Shown here: positions 56,375 through 64,000 of the stretch, in pieces
How positions within the stretch are numbered: position 1 is the stretch's first letter
Layout: each line of letters starts with the position of its first letter
Assembly (NCBI RefSeq): GCF_006345805.1
Contig: NC_043021.1
Span: 2,604,001-2,668,000, forward strand
Length of the DNA: 64,000 nt
Source of the DNA: Octopus sinensis
Lineage: Eukaryota
Direction: 5' to 3'
Notes under the pieces: generated by a model
The model's database searches: none
Seen by the model: only the letters and a program-made list of their open reading frames with translations
What the model was told of the DNA's origin: nothing
Made by a program: the position numbers and the translations under genes

Positions 56375-57263
56375 GGTTAATATCTAGATCCGCACCCGGT
56401 GGAAAAAATGGAAACGCAAATGTGTAACAGTTGTAAGGCATCGTATATTGACGTAATAAGACGGAAAAAAAGGGCGCTGACGAACGGGGGTGGGGGAGGG
56501 GGGTCGGAAAATTCCCAGGATCAACCTGGAATCTAAAATGTGTAACAGTTGTAAGGCATCGTATATTGACGGAATAAGACGTAAAAAAAGGGCGCTGACG
56601 AACGGGGGGGGGGGGGGGGGGGTCGGAAAATTCCCAGGATCAACCGTAGAGGATCCACGCCCAGGTGGCAAAAATGGAAAAAGTATGTGTAAGTAAGGTT
56701 AGGCTCGTATATTGAAGGAATATGACGAAAAAAAAGCGCGCTGACAAATGGGGGGGAGGGGGCTCGGAAAATTGCCTACGATTTAAAGAAAAATTTACCA
56801 TCAATTTTCACCATTTAAACGCATTGTTGGCATAAATCTACCACGCATGTGGTAAGTACAGATTATATTTTCCCAATATTATTGATTGTCACAGAATAAT
56901 TATCAATCGCAACTTCAAAAATTCAAATTCCATTACTTCAGTTTTCACTTTTTGTTTGTAAAATAAAAAAAAATATATATATTGACTAGCAGTATCGCCC
57001 GGCGTTGCTCGGGTTTGTAAGGGAAATAACTATAAAGCATTTTTAGCAAAAATATTGAAAAATATTGAAAATAGCAAAAAAATTGAAATTCTCGACCCCA
57101 TGTCGAATTTATCGATCTTTTTCAGAACTGGGGGAACCCCCCCCCCACCCCCGTTCGTCAGCGCCCTTTTTTTCCGTCTTATTACGTCAATATACGATGC
57201 CTTACAACTGTTACACATTTGCGTTTCCATTTTTTCCACCGGGTGCGGATCTAGATATTAACC
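56375..57263. mobile_element. Merlin-like non-autonomous foldback element inserted in Tx1 ORF1
   Basis: ~120-bp identical TIRs starting GGTTAATATCTAG; 8-bp TSD CAATATAC (56367-56374 and 57264-57271); three ~115-bp subterminal repeats; contains a Helitron 3' end. Superfamily assignment is inferred. Confidence 0.8.
56986..57135 (-). mobile_element. Helitron 3' end fragment inside the Merlin-like element
   Basis: CCCGAGCAACGCCGGG hairpin followed 8 nt later by CTAG|T. Confidence 0.7.
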
Positions 57264-60200
57264 CAATATACTTTACGGCTCAACAAATACAGGACACGAA
57301 CATCAAAATAACAGAATCAGAAGGTATAGTAAAAATAAACATACCAGAAGATATTTTGGAAAATGAAAAAAGACGAACAATCATTTATAAAATAGTTAAC
57401 AAAAAACAAAAATCCCAGAGAAGGCCAACACAAGCAAAATAGAGAAGTGCTTGAAACCCATCTGGGATCACAAAGAATATGTAACCTGGTGGAACAAATT
57501 TGCCCACATACAAGTCGTTTTCTACACGAAGAGTTAGCTAGATATTCTCAACGCTAACTCTTCACTCAGATGAACTCCAACTTACACCAAGCTATCGGGG
57601 ACAGAAAGTGACTAAGATCACTCTAAACAATGTCCCCAAAATAGCCAATAGTCTATGGCTTGTAAAGGCCTTATGCGTAAAAATGGCGAATTATACTATT
57701 TTGGAAACCACAGTCACAGAGCATAAAAACTGGGTGGGAAAAAAAATAGAATTTCTTCTACATATACATCATGAAGAAGATATAAAAAAAATACCCACCC
57801 AGATATGTGTATCAGACGACCACAAGTTATATGTGGTCGTCGATGGCAGAAGACCACGTTGCTACATATGCGGCAGTGAGCAACACCTAAAAAAAGACTG
57901 CAAATCTGTCGCAAGAAAACAACAGCAACAACAACAGCAGCCGGAAACAAAAACAAATAAACAAGGTTTACTACCCACACCACTTTTGCAGGAACAAACC
58001 TCACCAAACAAACAACCACACCAACTGCAGCACCAAGAACAGAAGCAGCATCACCAACAACAACAACCAAGATATACCAACTCCCAAACCAAGGACATCT
58101 GCCAAAAAGACACCCAGCAAAAATGAGAAGAAACAATTACAACTCCAAATCCCCACAAAATTGAGACCCTAAACAACACAACAATACCCACAATCACTCA
58201 AACACAAAATACCCAAACCCCACATCCAAAAAACCGCATACACCACAACCAAACGCTCACCAACCAACACCAACAACAAAACCAACACAGTCGACAATAG
58301 ACCCCAATACTTTCCCTCTTCCAGACTCCGATTCGTCTGATCTGTCATTAGACGAAGAAGACACGGAAGATTGGCAAATAGCCACAGGGGGGAGAAGAAG
58401 AAAAGGGGGGAAAAAAAAGAAAAGAAAAAATAACAAACAAAGCGGGAAGATACACCACTCCCGAAACAAAAACATCCACAGAAAACACACACATCAACAC
58501 AAACAACCATCATCAAACCCCCAAAAATGTTGACAGCCATAAACACAAACAACCACGACCTAATGGAACACATTAGGTCAAACACTAACATTACTGAAAA
58601 CGACATAAAAACAAGTAACCACCCACACACAACACCACCACAACACATTAAAATAATACACGTGACACAGAACACATACAGCACCTGAAATCTCTTTACC
58701 CTGATGCAGTAGGGAGATTTCAAAAGTACTCATCGAAAAAAACTGTATAAAAGCCTCATAGAAGAAGACCGTGAGGTGAAAGACAAAGAACTTTCGAAAA
58801 ACAAGTAACTTTTCTCTCTCCTTTTCCTTTTTTGCACTTTTATCGGAACATGCTCAGAATAGGTAGTATAAATGTACGTGGCTTGGGGTCGCCTTGGAAA
58901 CAAGGCTACCTGTTAAATGACATCAAGTCACTAAATCTGAATATCATAGCCATCAGTGAGACCAGACTCCACAGCTTGCGGGCACTCCAGCACATTTTCG
59001 GTACACATTTCAACATTTATTTTCTCCGTGTCTACCGAGAATGGGCGGAGGTGGCACCGCGGTGCTTATCCGGAAGAGTCTGGATCTCAAAGTAAGAGCA
59101 AATTTCCTAGACCCGGAGGGTAGGCTGGTCGTTTGGATGTCGATGGCAGCAATGAGTGTGCTTTTCGACTGATAGCAGTTTATGCTCCGTCCTTAACAGG
59201 CCGACCAGATCTTTCGACGTCTAGAGTCTTTCATGGAAACGTCTCGTCCTTTACTTTTAGTGGGGGATTGGAATGCCACCCTGGACACGCATCTAGACTA
59301 CGTGGGCAGATGATAGCAATAGAAGGGGATGCAAATGCCTCAAAGACCTGCTCAGACGTTTCCAACTGTCTGACAGGTACCGACTGGACCACCCGAATGT
59401 GCCAATGTGGACATGGAGTAACCGCATCGGGTCGTCCAGATCATACTTAGATAGAGTATTTGTAGGACAATAGATAAAAATAGTGTAGGTTGTCCACAAT
59501 TTCATATAGTCAGTTACACAGATCACAAGTTTGTGACTTGTACACTTGACTTAGATAAGACACATAGGCAGGGTCCTGGTTACTGAAAACTGAACGCGTC
59601 TTTTACAGCACGACAGGTTTACAGGGACCGGATCAGCACATTAGTTAAGAGAGCTTTGACGGGTACCATCATCAACAACAGATGGTGGTATGCCTAAAAA
59701 AAGCGATTAAAGCAGAATCAGTCAGATACAGTAGAGCCCTAGCATTAGACCGAAATAGAATAGAGGGAGAATTAGTTAAGGTTTTAGAAGAGGCACTTAG
59801 AACTGGCATCGCGTCCAACGTACTGGCGGCGAGATTGGCCCTCGACCAACACCTCAACGCCAAACACGAGGGATGCGTTGTCAGAGCTAGGATGCGTGCT
59901 CTGAGGAACGAAGGAGTTGGAGCCGCCCAAGAGGCCCGAGTGGTGGAGACGCAACGAGGCAACAGAGCCACCATCAAGTCTCTTATAGATGAACAGGGGC
60001 GCGAATTGCTCGAGCCTAAAAGGATGTGTGGGGTTTTTCAACAACACTTCACCCAACTGTTTGGGACAAGTGGTGAGTCAGAAAGCAGAGTGGACTTTAG
60101 TGCCTACCTGCATGCCTTGCCACGACTCTCAGCAAGGGAGGTGGAGTCTTGTGAAAAGCCTATCACAGCTGCGGATGTACAGGATGCGATGGTAGGCTGC

Positions 60201-62580
60201 GCGAGAGAGAAGTCACCAGGCTTGGATGGTCTGCCCTACGAATTTTATTTTCATATGCCAGACTTGTTTGGAGGCATCTTGGCAGCTGTCTACTGCAACT
60301 GGCAGCAGAAAGGAGTATTCCTGCTTTTGTAAAGCGAGGAGCAGTGGCACTGATCAAGAAAGACCCAAACAAGGGGGACGTCATAGATAATTTCAGGCCC
60401 ATCACTCTGCTCAACGCAGATTTGAAAATTTTGGCCAAGGTGTTAGCCGAGAGGTTGGCGCTTGTCATCAAGAAACTAATCGACAAGGCGCAAACATGCG
60501 CCGTGCCGGGTAGAAGTATTCATGACAACTCCATCTGATGCGCTACATCATAGACAGGGTAGTTAAAAATCCTGGCATGGATGGGGGCGTGATCAATTTG
60601 GATCAATCAAAAGCCTTCGATAGGGTAGACCATCACTACTTGGAGGCTGTCCTCAAAGCGGCTGGTTTCGGTCCAGTTTTCCGCGGTTGGATCGCTGCCT
60701 TATACAGCGGCATCCGCTCAGTAGTTCGCGTAAATGGTCATCTATCCAGACCTTTTAACATCATGCGTTCGGTTCGTCAGGGATGCCCCCTCTCATCGCT
60801 GCTGTATGTACTGACTCTTGAGCCACTACTGCGGAAACTGGCGACGCTGGGGCATCCCACGAGAGCTGGGATGCGGGGGAGGAGCGTGTCTGCATACGCG
60901 GATGACGTCACCGTCATAGTGTCGAGCTACGAGCACATCGAGCTGGTCGGCGAGACACTGAAAGAATACGAAGCGGTAACGGGAGCAAAAATCAGTGGGA
61001 AAATAACGGGAAAAGTCAGTGGGCTTGCGGCTCGGCACCTGGAGAAGCAAGCCCATGCCGTCCAACAGCGTCTCCATCGTGGGACGCTGGACAGACGGAC
61101 CGGTTAAATTGCTCGGGGTCTGGTTCGGCCGGACCTCCAAATGGAGAAGAACTGGGGCGAGATAACGACTAGGGTGGCTACTCTCACCCAGAAATGGACT
61201 GAGAGAAAGCTATCCCTAAAAGGTCGGGCGGAGGTGGCGAACGCTTACATCGCATCCGTCATCGAGTATCGTCTGACCGTCGTGCCTTGTCCCGACCCTA
61301 CCACCACAAAACTGGAACGCATACTCTTCCGCTTCTTGTGGAAGGGAAACGTTCCGATGGTTAGGCGATCCATTTGCTGCCAACACCCGCTAAATGGAGG
61401 GCTGGGCATGCCGTGGTTGATGATGCGCAGACATGCGCTGAGACTGCGACATCTCCGGCGCTTCATAGACAACGGTGAACAGGGGTGGTCGCCTTTTGTG
61501 CGGCGCGCGCTTTCCCGCAGCTCGTCTCCTTGGACGAACTACAGTCATGGATCAAGCAGAGACCGAGGCTAGGCGAATGGCCCCGCGAGTGTCGCGTTGC
61601 TCTCAAGCAACTCTGCCGTCCGGGATCGAATTGTGCGACTCCATCACAACAAAGGCATTCTATAGAGGATTAGTGGAGGGGAGGTGCGACGACGAACTCG
61701 GGCAGAGTCTGGGCGTCGACGAGGAACACCTGACGCCCTTCAGGACAACTTTCGGGCCGGACCTATGAACAATCACCAAAGATCCCTGGCCTGGCAGTGC
61801 TATCGAGAAGCATTACCTGTTCGGGATAAGCTCTACAGACACGGTTCCAGACACACTGACCGACTGCCCGAGATGCGGTCAGAGCGACGAAACCGTTCTG
61901 CACGCACTCGTGCATGTCCAACCATTTCCGACCTGTGGGCTTATGCCGAACGGCTGCTGTCACGTGTGGGACGAATCCGCCTATCGGCCGAGTCTATCGT
62001 GAGAATTGCTCCGCCCCCTTCCTCAAACGGGAAGGCAAGGCAGTTTTCATCGTACTGGTGGCCATGGTGAAAGAATGTGTGTGTGGACTCGAGCGAAAGG
62101 ATTAGAGACAAACACTTACCTCTCTGGCCAATCGCTCATCAACTTTTTCAAGTACCACTTGAAAAGGAAGGTGAGAATGGAGAGGGAAGTTTTGTCTCGC
62201 GAAGATTCAAAAAAAGATGGGTGAATGTTGCAAAGATGGTGCGTGCTAGTAACGAAACCATTTTGAGCATGATCCTGTAGATCGTAAAAAAAAGAAAGAA
62301 GAGAGCATTTTTGACCTCATGTGTTTTTTCCTCCCTGACTGGGGTTCCGTGGTCTTTTCTGTAGCTTTTCTTCCCACGGATGAACCCAATCTTGTTATAT
62401 CAATGTTTACACCATTATTTCTGTGATACACGATTTTCCTTTTTTTCCTTTTTTTTCTCCTCTCGATCCCTTTTGATCGCAATCTTACATTTTTTATTTT
62501 TTTCCACCCTCGAAAAGAAAAGCTCTGCATTTGTATTTGTCCCCTCTGTATTCAGCCTGTGTGGCTAATAAAAGAAAGTT

Positions 62581-62596
62581 ATCTATCTATCTATCC

Positions 62597-62638
<42 letters not shown>

Positions 62639-62730
62639 TATCTATCAATCTATCTATCTATCTATCTATCCATCTATCTATCTATCTATCTATCTATATA
62701 TCTATTTATCTATCCATCTATCTATCTATA

Positions 62731-62785
<55 letters not shown>

Positions 62786-62870
62786 CATCTATCTATCTAT
62801 CTATCCATCTATCTATCCATCTATCTATCTATCTATCTGGCTATCTATCTATCTATCTATCTATCTATTA
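62581..62870. repeat. (TCTA)n following the Tx1 3' end
   Basis: Direct read. Confidence 0.95.
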
Positions 62871-63429
62871 ATACATACACACCTACACATACACACCCTA
62901 ATATGTATGTATATGCATATATAGTTTAGGGGTTCGAATATTCGGGCCACGATCGTAAGGCCGTGAATTCGATTCCCAGCTAAGCGTTGTGTTCTTGAGC
63001 AAGACACTTTATTTCGCCTAACTTCGGTGCAACCACCTGGCAAAAAATCAGTAGCAGCCGTATTTCAAAGGGGCCAGCCTTGTCACATTCTGTCTCGTGC
63101 TGGTTCTCCTCCAGAACTACGTTTGGGGTACGTGTGTCTGCGGAGTGCTCAGCCACTTTTAACTTCACGTGTAGGCTGTTCCGATGACCGGATTAACTGG
63201 AACACTCGTCGTCATAACCGGTAGAGAGCCACGTCTATATGTATATATATATATATATTGTGTGTGTGTGTGTGTGTCTGTGTGTGTGTGTGTGTGTGGC
63301 TGTGTGGTAAGAAGCTTGCTTACCAACCACATGGTCCCGGGTTCAATCCCACTGTGTGGCATCTTGGACAAGTGTCTTCTACTATAGCCTCGTGAGTGGA
63401 TTTGGTAGATGGAAACTGAAAACAGCCCG

Positions 63430-63474
<45 letters not shown>

Positions 63475-63646
63475 ATATGTTTTGTTCCTTCACCATCTCT
63501 TCACAACCGATGTTAATGTGTTTACGTCCCCGTAACATAACGGTTCAGCTATAGAGATTGAGAGAATAAGTACTAAAGTACTATGCTTACAAAAAATAAT
63601 GACTGAAACAAATAAGAGACTAAAAGAATATATATATATATATATT

Positions 63647-63695
<49 letters not shown>

Positions 63696-63820
63696 CCAGC
63701 CGAAATTGCAAAGATAATCTGGAACTCGACTGAGGAAAGAAAATTCCAAATCTTGTTTTCTTTGTATCGTCTGTCTGGATGTTTTGCGTTGTTGTCTCAT
63801 TTTGCATATTTATATATATG

Positions 63821-63955
<135 letters not shown>

Positions 63956-64000
63956 TATAAAAATAAATAAAACATATGCATATATATAAACATATATGTA

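Larger units (their letters stand above)
55530..62580 (+). mobile_element. Full-length decayed Tx1-clade (L1 superfamily) LINE: ORF1 with zinc knuckle, ORF2 APE-RT-zf
   Basis: ORF1 from ATG 55745 with CYICGSEQHLKKDC (~57860); ORF2 from ATG 58850 (MLRIGSINVRGL..IAISETR, LIAVYAP, FRPITLLNADLKILAK, QGCPLSSLLY, YADD) to 62280; many frameshifts; flanked by (TCTA)n on both sides. Confidence 0.92.

Overview
Eukaryotic, AT-rich, microsatellite- and retroposon-dense DNA. The SINE families suggest a coleoid cephalopod, most likely Octopus (inference). Two convergent spliced genes were reconstructed by hand with canonical GT-AG introns and consistent phases: cytoplasmic tryptophanyl-tRNA synthetase (WARS1, + strand, 8 coding exons, 2989-19150, 412 aa) and a GPI-anchored alkaline phosphatase (- strand, 10 coding exons, 53473-23110, 543 aa, 19-kb first intron). 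The rest is mobile DNA: a near-full-length but frameshifted R4/Dong RLE-LINE ending in (TAA)n; a full-length decayed Tx1-clade LINE and a second truncated copy, both embedded in one (TCTA)n microsatellite; RTE and CR1 fragments; several tRNA-headed SINE families; piggyBac-like and Merlin-like MITEs; Helitron and mariner fragments; and three minisatellites. The most notable unannotated signals are (i) type I hammerhead ribozyme motifs in Penelope-like, (TA)n-flanked elements, including a 342-bp palindrome with one hammerhead on each strand, all inside the alkaline phosphatase first intron; (ii) apparent (TCTA)n targeting by the Tx1 element; (iii) a Merlin-like foldback element carrying a Helitron end that interrupts Tx1 ORF1; and (iv) a 49-bp minisatellite carrying about 15 octamer motifs. 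All structures were read by eye; no alignments or database searches were run.
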